53,255 nt of DNA from Bacteroidia bacterium (GTDB lineage Bacteria; Bacteroidota; Bacteroidia; 2-12-FULL-35-15): the NCBI GenBank assembly GCA_035439365.1, contig DAORKB010000003.1:1-53255 (forward strand), given 5' to 3'. The notes beneath the pieces were generated by a model that was not told the origin of the DNA, did no database searches, and saw only the letters and a program-made list of their open reading frames with translations. Below are positions 28,241 through 37,127 of the stretch, piece by piece (position 1 is the first letter of the stretch; the number at the start of each line of letters is the position of its first letter). A program made the position numbers and the translations under genes.

Positions 28241-28500
28241 TCGATGCTAATTGTTATTAAATGTTAATCCGGTTTTTTAATGATTGGTTTATCAGCTTGC
28301 CTCAAAAAAGATACCCTCATTCAACCAAAATGGTTACAAAAATAGTATACTTCCCAGCTTTTTTTGATAATAAAAAAAATAATAAAATGATAATTTGAGA
28401 TTTAATTTTTTAACCACAGAGACACATAGGATTTTAAGCTTATTAAACTTAGCAATCAGTAGACGATCTCATATTCGTCTCCAAGGGGGGCAATTTTTAA

Positions 28501-28508
28501 TATCTTTG
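28501..28508 (+). promoter_or_regulatory. Candidate -7 box (tatctttg) for the kynurenine-cluster operon
   Basis: Exact TAnnTTTG, 29 nt upstream of the 28538 ATG, at the end of a 297-bp intergenic region. Confidence 0.45.
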
Positions 28509-28537
28509 CTATCCAACTATTCTAAATAAAAATTTGC

Positions 28538-29326
28538 ATGGATTTAAATCTCAAAGGAAAGTATGCACTTGTTTGCGGAAGTACACAAGGAATTGGTAAA
28601 GCTGCCGCAATAGAATTGGCCCTGTTAGGCGCCAATGTTATTTTAATGGCACGCAATGAGGAAAAATTGAAAACGGTGCTTGCAGAGCTGGATCAAAGCA
28701 AAGGACAGTCACATGCATTTATCAGTGCTGACTTTACGGATGCAGATACATTGAAGAAAAAGATTGAGACATATCTGAAAACGAATCCACCGATTCAGAT
28801 ATTGGTAAATAATACCGGCGGACCACCTGCTGGTCCGGCTTTAACCGCCCCGGTGGATGAATTTTTACAGGCATTTAACAATCACCTGGTTTGTAATCAT
28901 ACACTTGTACAGGCACTTGTACCAGGAATGAAAACAGCCAAATACGGTCGTATTTTAAATGTAATCTCTACTTCGGTAAAACAGCCGATTCCAGGGCTGG
29001 GAGTATCCAATACAATCAGAGCAGCAGTTGGCAATTGGTCGAAGACATTGGCAACCGAGTTAGCACCTTTTGGAATTACTGTGAACAATGTATTACCAGG
29101 TGCTGCAAATACGGTTCGTTTGCAATCAATTTTTGAAAACAAAGCACAAAAAACAAATAAAAGTGTGGAAGCAATTAAACAGGAGATGGTTGCTGAAATA
29201 CCTGCAGGAAGAATTGCCGAACCAAATGAGGTAGCCAACGCAATTGCTTTTTTAGCCTCACCAGCTGCATCGTATATTACCGGTATCAATGTACCGGTGG
29301 ATGGTGGAAGAACATTGTGTTTATAA
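28538..29326 (+). CDS. SDR-fold oxidoreductase lacking the canonical catalytic YxxxK
   Basis: Rossmann motif GSTQGIGKA and NNTGG. At the YxxxK position the sequence reads GVSNTIRAAVGNWSK, so S and R appear to replace Y and K. Confidence 0.75.
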   Translation: MDLNLKGKYALVCGSTQGIGKAAAIELALLGANVILMARNEEKLKTVLAELDQSKGQSHAFISADFTDADTLKKKIETYLKTNPPIQILVNNTGGPPAGPALTAPVDEFLQAFNNHLVCNHTLVQALVPGMKTAKYGRILNVISTSVKQPIPGLGVSNTIRAAVGNWSKTLATELAPFGITVNNVLPGAANTVRLQSIFENKAQKTNKSVEAIKQEMVAEIPAGRIAEPNEVANAIAFLASPAASYITGINVPVDGGRTLCL

Positions 29327-29346
29327 TAATTGAATAAGAATCAGCC

Positions 29347-30789
29347 ATGAAAACAATCGCAAATTATATCAATAATCAGTTGGTTGCTCCGCAATCCGGA
29401 AACTATCTTCCTGTATATGATCCTTCTACCGGGCAGGTGTATGCGCAGCTGCCTGATTCAGACGAAAAAGATGTGCAACTGGCTGTTGCGGCCGCGCAAG
29501 AGGCTTTCCCTGCATGGTCTGCATTGCCTGCGGAAAAGCGTTCCCAGTTATTATTAAAATTGGTAGCCGGTATTGAAAAACGATTTGATGAACTCGCACT
29601 TGCTGAGTCAACAGACAATGGTAAAACGGTGAAACTGGCAAAACTTGTAGATATACCAAGGGCTGCAAGCAATTTTTATTTCTATGCAACAGGTTTGATG
29701 CATTTTGCAAGTGAGTCGCATCATATGGAAGAAGGAGCAATTAATTACACCCTACGAAAACCAATTGGTGTAGTGGGTTGCATTTCTCCCTGGAACTTAC
29801 CACTCTATTTGTTTACCTGGAAAATTGCACCGGCATTGGCTGCAGGCAATTGTGTAGTCGCCAAACCATCTGAAATAACACCAATGACAGCTTATCTTTT
29901 ATCAGAAATTTGCATAGAAGCAGGTCTGCCACCTGGTGTACTTAACATTGTTCACGGGTTAGGAAACAAAGTAGGACAAGCAATAGCAGAGAGCCCCAAT
30001 ATTCCGGTGATCTCTTTTACCGGTGGAACTGTAACCGGGGCAACGATTGCAAGGATAGCAGCACCCATGTTCAAAAAATTATCATTAGAGTTAGGAGGAA
30101 AAAATCCTGCAATCATTTTTGCCGATTGCAATTATGACCTCATGCTTAAAACGGTTATGAATTCTTCCTTCTCAAACCAGGGGCAAATATGTTTGTGCGG
30201 CTCACGTATTTTTATTGAACGACCATTATACGAAAAATTCAAAAAGGATTTTGTAGAAAAAACAAAACAACTGCAGGTTGGTGACCCACTGGAAGCCACA
30301 AGCAATTTAGGTGCAGTGGTATCCGAACAACACATGCAAAAAGTACTTTCTTATGTAGAATTAGCCCAACAGGAAGGTGGAAAAATTTTAGCCGGTGGCA
30401 AACGTGTTACCGTAGAAGGTCGCTGTAAAAATGGTTGGTTCATTTCTCCAACCATCCTAGAAGGACTTAGTTATGATTGCCGTACCAATCAGGAAGAAAT
30501 TTTCGGACCTGTTGTTACAATCACACCATTTGATCGCGAAGACGAAGTGCTGATGTATGCAAACAGTACCAATTATGGATTGGCATCTTCTGTATGGACA
30601 GAAAACATAACACGTGCACACCGCATGGCCGGTGAATTAAAAACAGGTATTGTCTGGATAAACTGTTGGCTGTTACGCGATTTACGTACACCGTTCGGTG
30701 GAATGAAAAATTCAGGTGTGGGTCGTGAAGGTGGCTGGGAAGCCATGCGTTTTTTTACAGAGCCTAAAAATGTATGTATTAAATACTGA
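29347..30789 (+). CDS. NAD-dependent aldehyde dehydrogenase of the 2-aminomuconate/2-hydroxymuconate semialdehyde dehydrogenase type
   Basis: Catalytic LELGGKNP and QGQICLCGSR, and IPRAASNFYFYA typical of the XylG/DmpC/ALDH8 group. Genomic context with ACMSD. Confidence 0.75.
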   Translation: MKTIANYINNQLVAPQSGNYLPVYDPSTGQVYAQLPDSDEKDVQLAVAAAQEAFPAWSALPAEKRSQLLLKLVAGIEKRFDELALAESTDNGKTVKLAKLVDIPRAASNFYFYATGLMHFASESHHMEEGAINYTLRKPIGVVGCISPWNLPLYLFTWKIAPALAAGNCVVAKPSEITPMTAYLLSEICIEAGLPPGVLNIVHGLGNKVGQAIAESPNIPVISFTGGTVTGATIARIAAPMFKKLSLELGGKNPAIIFADCNYDLMLKTVMNSSFSNQGQICLCGSRIFIERPLYEKFKKDFVEKTKQLQVGDPLEATSNLGAVVSEQHMQKVLSYVELAQQEGGKILAGGKRVTVEGRCKNGWFISPTILEGLSYDCRTNQEEIFGPVVTITPFDREDEVLMYANSTNYGLASSVWTENITRAHRMAGELKTGIVWINCWLLRDLRTPFGGMKNSGVGREGGWEAMRFFTEPKNVCIKY

Positions 30790-31014
30790 TATTTTATCTA
30801 TATTAGCGTATGCATTTTATGATCAATCCAACTAAAAAGCAGTTATTTTGTAAGATTAAACAACCTTCGACGTAAAAGGTTGCTCAACCTTTTTTTCCGC
30901 CTGTGCTTACATTATGGCGGACAAAGCTTTCTCTTTTATTAGCATAGCGCTTTATTCATAGTTCTTTCGCTTTGTTAAACCATTTTTTAATTGAGTTTTT
31001 AAATCCGTATTGAT

Positions 31015-31440
31015 ATGTCTGACGAGAAAAAAATTATTAATTCTTCAAAGGCTCCTGAACCGGTTGGTTCTTATCCGCATGCACGTCGTGTGGGAAATCT
31101 ATTATTCCTCTCAGGAGTAGGACCGCGTGAAAAAGGAACAAAAAAAATTCCAGGTGTTGAGCTCGATGAACAAGGAAACATACTTTCTTATGATATTGAA
31201 GTGCAATGCCGTTCTGTTTTTCAAAATGTAAAATGGATATTGGAAGATGCAGGATCAAGTTGGGACAAGCTTGTAGATGTTACCGTGTTTCTCACAAATA
31301 TGAAAGATGATTTTAAAGCCTACAACCGTTTGTATGCAGAGTATTTTAAAGAAAATCAACCTTGCCGCACAACAGTAGAAATAAATTGTTTACCAACACC
31401 AATAGCAATTGAACTAAAGGTGATTGCCACAATCGATTAA
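31015..31440 (+). CDS. RidA/YjgF-family protein, candidate 2-aminomuconate deaminase
   Basis: SKAPEPVGSYPHARRVGNLLFLSGVG RidA signature. It lies between the ALDH and the 3-HAA dioxygenase. Confidence 0.7.
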   Translation: MSDEKKIINSSKAPEPVGSYPHARRVGNLLFLSGVGPREKGTKKIPGVELDEQGNILSYDIEVQCRSVFQNVKWILEDAGSSWDKLVDVTVFLTNMKDDFKAYNRLYAEYFKENQPCRTTVEINCLPTPIAIELKVIATID

Positions 31441-31455
31441 TTAAAAAGATTCATC

Positions 31456-31971
31456 ATGCCTGTACAAAGACCTTTTAATTTTAAAAAGTGGATCGATGAG
31501 AATCGACACTTGCTAAAACCGCCTGTAAATAACAAAGTTGTTTATAAGGATGCGGAATTTATTGTAATGGTAGTAGGTGGACCTAACTCCCGAAAAGATT
31601 ATCACTTCAATGAAAGTGAAGAGTTTTTTTATCAGTTGGAAGGGGACATCCTGGTAAAAATTCAGGAAGATGGAAAAGCAGTAGATGTGCCTATTCGTGA
31701 AGGTGATATTTTTTTACTGCCACCACGCGTACCTCATTCTCCTATACGTGGTGCAAACACTGTTGGATTGGTGATGGAGCGCAAACGTAAAGAAACAGAG
31801 AAAGATGGATTGTTATGGTTCTGTGAAAAATGCAATCATAAATTATACGAAGAATATTTTCCGTTAACCAATATCATGACGCAGTTTCAAGAGGTGTTTG
31901 ATCGTTTTTATGGAAGTGTTGATAATCGTACTTGTAAGCAATGCAATACAGTGACGCAACCTCCAAAATAA
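31456..31971 (+). CDS. nbaC: 3-hydroxyanthranilate 3,4-dioxygenase
   Basis: Cupin core VVGGPNSRKDYHFNESEEFFYQLEGD...PPRVPHSP plus a C-terminal rubredoxin-like CEKC...CKQC site. Confidence 0.9.
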   Translation: MPVQRPFNFKKWIDENRHLLKPPVNNKVVYKDAEFIVMVVGGPNSRKDYHFNESEEFFYQLEGDILVKIQEDGKAVDVPIREGDIFLLPPRVPHSPIRGANTVGLVMERKRKETEKDGLLWFCEKCNHKLYEEYFPLTNIMTQFQEVFDRFYGSVDNRTCKQCNTVTQPPK

Positions 31972-32006
31972 GTAAAGAGAAATTATGAATGTGCTGAAAC
32001 TGAATT

Positions 32007-33014
32007 ATGAAAATTGATATACATACACACATCTTACCGGAGCATATTCCAAATTGGAAAGAAAAATTCGGGTATGGTGGATTTATAAAGCTGGATCATC
32101 ATAAACCTTGTTGTGCAAGGATGCTAAGAGATGATGATAAATTTTTCCGTGAAATAGAAGACAACTGCTGGAGTGCTGAAACACGTTTGAAGGAATGTGA
32201 TGCCCATCATGTGAATGTACAAGTATTATCGACAGTGCCTGTAATGTTTAGCTATTGGGCAAAAGCAGATGATTGTTTAGACCTTTCCATGTTTCTCAAT
32301 GATCACATCATGGAAATTGTACACAAATATCCCAAACGTTTTATTGGTTTGGGAACGATTCCGATGCAATCACCAGCACTTGCAATTAAAGAATTGGAAC
32401 GATGCAAACGTATCGGTATGGTTGGTGTACAGATTGGCAGCAATGTCAATCAACAAAATATAGGTGAGGCGCAATTCTTTGAAATTTTCAAAGCCTGCGA
32501 AGAATTGGGAATGGCTGTATTTGTTCATCCATGGGAAATGATGGGCGAAGGCGATATGATGAAATATTGGTTGCCCTGGCTGGTTGGTATGCCGGCAGAG
32601 ACATCAAGAGCCATTTGCTCTTTACTGTTTGCAGGTGTTTTGGAGAGACTCCCAAAATTAAGAATTGCCTTTGCACATGGTGGTGGTTCATTTCCTTCCA
32701 CGGTAGGTCGCATTGAGCATGGTTTTCATGTTCGTCCGGATTTATGTGCAATCGACAATCCCATCAATCCAAGAAATTATTTGGGTAAGTTTTATTTTGA
32801 TTCTTTGGTACATGATCCGATGATGCTTGATTTTCTTGTAAAGCTGGCAGGTGCTGATAAAGTGGCATTGGGCACGGATTATCCCTTTCCACTTGGTGAG
32901 CTGGAACCAGGTAAATTAATTGAGTCAATGTCTTATGACGCAAAAACGAAAGAGCGTTTGTTAAGCGGAACAGCATTGGAGTGGTTGAATTTAGAGAAGA
33001 AGAATTTTATTTAA
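32007..33014 (+). CDS. nbaD: 2-amino-3-carboxymuconate-6-semialdehyde decarboxylase (ACMSD, amidohydrolase_2)
   Basis: MKIDIHTHILP metal site, HPW and AHGGG motifs, and a TDYPFP C-terminal motif. Confidence 0.85.
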   Translation: MKIDIHTHILPEHIPNWKEKFGYGGFIKLDHHKPCCARMLRDDDKFFREIEDNCWSAETRLKECDAHHVNVQVLSTVPVMFSYWAKADDCLDLSMFLNDHIMEIVHKYPKRFIGLGTIPMQSPALAIKELERCKRIGMVGVQIGSNVNQQNIGEAQFFEIFKACEELGMAVFVHPWEMMGEGDMMKYWLPWLVGMPAETSRAICSLLFAGVLERLPKLRIAFAHGGGSFPSTVGRIEHGFHVRPDLCAIDNPINPRNYLGKFYFDSLVHDPMMLDFLVKLAGADKVALGTDYPFPLGELEPGKLIESMSYDAKTKERLLSGTALEWLNLEKKNFI

Positions 33015-33036
33015 TGTTTTATTTACAAGTAAAAAA

Positions 33037-34329
33037 ATGCAAACAACAACATCCTTAGATACGATCACTTACAAATCAGACCAAGCCTTCGCAAAAGAAA
33101 TGGATGAGAAAGATCCATTAAGAAAATACAGGGATCAATTTCATTTTCCAAAAAACGAGAAAGGAAAATACCTTCTTTATTTTTGTGGTAACTCATTGGG
33201 ATTGCAACCAAAAACCGTAAGAACTTATATCGAACAGGAGTTAAAAGATTGGGAACGATTGGGTGTTGAAGGACATTTTCAGGCAAAAAATCCATGGATG
33301 CCTTATCATGAATTTCTTACGGAACAAATGTCACGCGTTGTTGGAGGAAAACCCATTGAAGTGGTGGTGATGAATACACTTACGCTTAATCTGCACCTCA
33401 TGATGGTTTCTTTTTACAGACCAACAAAAACAAAGTATAAAATAGTAATCGAAGGCGGTGCATTCCCGTCTGATCAATACGCTGTAAAATCACAACTGAA
33501 CTTTCATGGAATTGATGTGCAAAAGGGCCTTATAGAGCTTGTGCCTCGTAAAGGTGAAGATACATTGCGAACCGAAGACATTGAAGCACTCATTGAAAAA
33601 GAAGGAGATAGCATTGCGTTAATCATGCTTGGTGGTGTGAATTATTATACCGGTCAGCTGTATGATATGAAACGCATCACTGCCGCTGGTCACAAAGCCG
33701 GATCTATTGTTGGATTTGATTTGGCGCATGCTGCGGGGAATGTAAATTTACAATTGCACGATTGGGACGTAGACTTTGCTGTGTGGTGTGGGTACAAATA
33801 TTTAAACAGTGGTCCCGGAGGAATTGCCGGATGTTTTGTTCATGAGCGTCATGCAACAAACAAAGAGTTACCAAGATTTGCAGGCTGGTGGGGACATGAT
33901 AAAAAAACGCGTTTTTTGATGGGGCCAGAGTTCGTGCCTATTTCCGGAGCTGAAGGTTGGCAACTCAGCAACTCACCTGTATTGGCGATGGCTAGCTTAA
34001 GAGCTTCCTTAGCAATTTTTGATGAAGCAGGTATGCAACAGCTAACAACCAAAAGTCGCTTGTTAACAGGTTATTTGGAATATCTTATTCAAGAAACAAA
34101 GAATACCAATATTAATATTATTACGCCAAAGGATCCGACACAACGTGGTGCTCAACTTTCTATCCGGATTAAAAACAGTGATAAATCTTTTTTTAACCGT
34201 CTTGTTGAAAGCGGTGTGATCTGCGATTGGCGCGAACCGGATGTTATTCGTTTAGCACCCGCACCTTTGTATAACTCTTTTCAGGATGTTTTTCAATTTG
34301 TTGAATTACTTAAAAAACAATTGTCATGA
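33037..34329 (+). CDS. kynU: Kynureninase, eukaryote-like (3-hydroxykynurenine-type specificity residues)
   Basis: GNSLGLQPK, FDLAHAAGN, PLP-Lys context YKYLNSGPGG, GWWGH and WQLSNSP. The stop overlaps the kmo start (ATGA). Confidence 0.9.
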   Translation: MQTTTSLDTITYKSDQAFAKEMDEKDPLRKYRDQFHFPKNEKGKYLLYFCGNSLGLQPKTVRTYIEQELKDWERLGVEGHFQAKNPWMPYHEFLTEQMSRVVGGKPIEVVVMNTLTLNLHLMMVSFYRPTKTKYKIVIEGGAFPSDQYAVKSQLNFHGIDVQKGLIELVPRKGEDTLRTEDIEALIEKEGDSIALIMLGGVNYYTGQLYDMKRITAAGHKAGSIVGFDLAHAAGNVNLQLHDWDVDFAVWCGYKYLNSGPGGIAGCFVHERHATNKELPRFAGWWGHDKKTRFLMGPEFVPISGAEGWQLSNSPVLAMASLRASLAIFDEAGMQQLTTKSRLLTGYLEYLIQETKNTNINIITPKDPTQRGAQLSIRIKNSDKSFFNRLVESGVICDWREPDVIRLAPAPLYNSFQDVFQFVELLKKQLS

Positions 34330-35708
34330 ATCAGAAAGTAATTATTGTAGGAGCTGGACTCAGTGGCTCTTTGTTATCTATATTTTTGGCACGTCGTGGT
34401 TTCAAAGTAGATGTATACGAACGCAGACCTGATATGCGAAAAGTTCACATGAGTGCGGGAAAGTCAATTAACCTGGCTCTTTCTACGCGCGGTATTCATG
34501 CATTGGAACAAGTGGGTTTGGCAGAAAAAGTATTAAAGAATGCTGTTCCGATGAAAGGAAGGATGCTTCACTCCGGAGCAGGGGAATTGTCGTTTCAACC
34601 GTATGGAAAGAATGAAAATGAATTTATTAATTCCATTTCAAGAGCAGAATTGAATTGCATCCTGATGGATGAGGCAGAAAAATTTCCAGGTGTTCATTTC
34701 TATTTTAATCATCGTTGCACGGGGATAAACCTGGAAACATCGTTGGTTCACTTTATAAATGAAACAGATCATGAAATGCTGGAAGTAAAAGGTGATGCTG
34801 TAATTGGTACAGATGGATCGGCCTCAGCGATACGCATGGAATTTCTAAAATCAGGTTTTTTTAATTTTTCACAAGCGTACGAGGATTATGGATATAAAGA
34901 ATTGAATATACCGGCAGCGGCTGTAGGGAAATTTCAAATGGAAAAAAATGCCTTGCACATATGGCCACGTGGTGCTTACATGATGATTGCCTTGCCAAAC
35001 ATTGCAGGCGATTTTACATGCACTTTATTTATGTCTCATAAAAAAGGAGAGCGTAACCTGAGTCAGCTTCAAACAAAAGAAGATGTAAGCAATTTTTTTA
35101 AAGAAATTATGCCGGATGCATTGCCGCTAATGCCAAACCTGATAGAAGATTTCTTTGCACACCCAACTGGAAATCTGTTGACGGTAAAATGTTTTCCCTG
35201 GAACATTGGCGGGAAAGCTTTGTTGTTAGGTGATGCCGCACATGCAATTGTCCCTTTTTTCGGACAAGGTATGAATTGTTGTTTTGAAGATTGTTATCAT
35301 TTTGATACGTTGCTGGAAAAATATGGTGCGGATTGGGAAAAGGTCTTTACCCAGTTTAGTATTCTACGTAAGGAGAATGCAGATGCCATCGCAGATTTAG
35401 CGGTAGAAAATTTTGTGGAGATGCGTGATTTGGTGGCGCACAAAGAATTTATTTTAAAAAAGAAAGCGGAAGTGCTATTGGAAGAACGTTTCCCGGAAAG
35501 TTTTATTCCAAAATATTCTATGGTTTCTTTTCATCGTATTCCTTATGCAGTTGCAATGAAGCGAGGACAAATTCAAGATCGTATTCTGATGGAAATGTGC
35601 AGTCATATTCAGAATGTTAATGAGTTGAATTTGGATGAAGCATTCGCAAGAATTAAAAACGAATTTGAAAAAGCAGGAATTGAAGAAAAATTAATACTTC
35701 CAGTATAA
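34326..35708 (+). CDS. kmo: Kynurenine 3-monooxygenase (FAD-dependent)
   Basis: GAGLSGS FAD fold, GDAAHAIVPFFGQGMN motif and about 460 aa. Confidence 0.9.
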   Translation: MNQKVIIVGAGLSGSLLSIFLARRGFKVDVYERRPDMRKVHMSAGKSINLALSTRGIHALEQVGLAEKVLKNAVPMKGRMLHSGAGELSFQPYGKNENEFINSISRAELNCILMDEAEKFPGVHFYFNHRCTGINLETSLVHFINETDHEMLEVKGDAVIGTDGSASAIRMEFLKSGFFNFSQAYEDYGYKELNIPAAAVGKFQMEKNALHIWPRGAYMMIALPNIAGDFTCTLFMSHKKGERNLSQLQTKEDVSNFFKEIMPDALPLMPNLIEDFFAHPTGNLLTVKCFPWNIGGKALLLGDAAHAIVPFFGQGMNCCFEDCYHFDTLLEKYGADWEKVFTQFSILRKENADAIADLAVENFVEMRDLVAHKEFILKKKAEVLLEERFPESFIPKYSMVSFHRIPYAVAMKRGQIQDRILMEMCSHIQNVNELNLDEAFARIKNEFEKAGIEEKLILPV

Positions 35709-35727
35709 AACTGATCCCGGGCAGGGG

Positions 35728-37032
35728 TCACACCTTTGTAGCAACTAATTCCTTTAAAATCTGCCCAAACCTAAATACATCTTCAAACGAATTATAAAAC
35801 GGAGCAGGTGCAAAGCGAATGACGTTGGGTTCAAACCAGGCTGTAATCACACCTTCCTGAAGCAATTGATTAAAGAAATCTTTATTCCTTCCATGAGCTG
35901 CAATGGAAAGCTGACAACCGCGTTGTTTTTTATTCCGGGGTGTAATAATTTCAAATGGTTGCTTGGTAATGTTATTGATTTCTTCAATAACAAATTCGAG
36001 GTAACCGCTTAGTTTTTCAGATTTAGCAACCAATGCATCCATACCCGCTTCCTCAAATTGATCCAGTGCGGCTTTGTGCGCAGCAAGTAAAAGTATAGGA
36101 AGCGAACCGAGCTGCCATCCTTCTGCTGTAGGAAGCGGAATAAATCCCTTTTCCCTTTTTGGACGAAGAACAGGATCGACTCCCAAACGACCCGCAAAAC
36201 GTGGAACGGAAAGATCCTTGACATGACGTTCATGAACAAAAATACCACCGATACCTCCGGGTCCTGAGTTGAGGTATTTGTAAGAACACCAAACAGCAAA
36301 ATCTACATTCCAATCATGCAGATTCAATTTTACATTACCAATGGCGTGTGCGAGATCAAATCCAACAAGAGCACCAGCTTTGTGCGTAGCTGCAGCAATT
36401 TCCTGCATGTCAAAAATTTGCCCGGTGTAATAATTCGCACCACTTATTAATACAAGTGCCAATGAATCTTTATTTTTCTCAATCGCATCCAAAATATCTT
36501 CGTGATGAATGCAGTATTCGCCTTCACGTGGAGCTACCATTATAATCGCATCTTCCGGATCGAAGCCATGCAAATGTGCATGAGACTCCATGGCGTATTG
36601 ATCAGAAGGGAAAGCATCTTTCTCACAAATAATTTTATAACGTTTTTTATCAGGACGATAAAAACTAACCAGCATAAAATGAAGGTTAATACTTAGTTGG
36701 TTCATCACAGTTATCTCTTCAGGCAACGCCCCTGTAATTTTAGCAAGGGGTGATGAAAATAGCGTGTGATAGGTATCCCACGGGGTACGTGCATATTGAT
36801 TAGCCTGGTAACCAAAACTGGCCCAGTCTTCCATCTGATTTAAAACATGATCCTGTGCGCTTTTCGGTTGTAGTCCCAGATAATTCCCTGCAAAATAAAC
36901 CACATCACGCCCATTCAGTTGAGGAAAATAAAATTGATCCCTGTATTTTTTTAGTGGGTCAATAGCATCTTGTTGCTTGGCAAAATCAAGTGTGTTTTCG
37001 TATTTCAAATGGGTTGTTGCAGTGTTATTCAT
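35728..37032 (-). CDS. Second, divergent kynureninase paralog
   Basis: Same fold and PLP-Lys context (YKYLNSGPGG, FDLAHAIGN), but GNYLG, GRLGV in place of GWWGH, and WQLGSLP in place of WQLSNSP. Confidence 0.8.
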   Translation of the reverse strand: MNNTATTHLKYENTLDFAKQQDAIDPLKKYRDQFYFPQLNGRDVVYFAGNYLGLQPKSAQDHVLNQMEDWASFGYQANQYARTPWDTYHTLFSSPLAKITGALPEEITVMNQLSINLHFMLVSFYRPDKKRYKIICEKDAFPSDQYAMESHAHLHGFDPEDAIIMVAPREGEYCIHHEDILDAIEKNKDSLALVLISGANYYTGQIFDMQEIAAATHKAGALVGFDLAHAIGNVKLNLHDWNVDFAVWCSYKYLNSGPGGIGGIFVHERHVKDLSVPRFAGRLGVDPVLRPKREKGFIPLPTAEGWQLGSLPILLLAAHKAALDQFEEAGMDALVAKSEKLSGYLEFVIEEINNITKQPFEIITPRNKKQRGCQLSIAAHGRNKDFFNQLLQEGVITAWFEPNVIRFAPAPFYNSFEDVFRFGQILKELVATKV

Positions 37033-37090
37033 TGTTCTCAGGGATATGCTTCATTAAATTGTAGACACATTGCGTGCAGAAAATTGGAAT

Positions 37091-37098
37091 CAAAGATA
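37091..37098 (-). promoter_or_regulatory. Candidate -7 box (tatctttg on the minus strand) for the second kynureninase
   Basis: Exact TAnnTTTG, 58 nt upstream of the 37032 ATG. It abuts the hemL box. Confidence 0.4.
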
Positions 37099-37106
37099 TA
37101 TATTTG
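37099..37106 (+). promoter_or_regulatory. Candidate -7 box (tatatttg) for hemL
   Basis: Exact TAnnTTTG, 21 nt upstream of the ATG at 37128. Confidence 0.5.
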
Positions 37107-37127
37107 CACCCATCAATAAACAATACT

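Noticed and set aside
28897-29289. 130-aa ORF antisense to the SDR gene. Similar long antisense or shadow ORFs occur at 3539..3850, 7839..8312, 8271..8534, 29403..29740, 47473..48031 and 48736..49065.
   Set aside because: Each lies entirely inside a well-supported gene on the other strand and has low-complexity or odd composition and no motifs. They are typical shadow ORFs.
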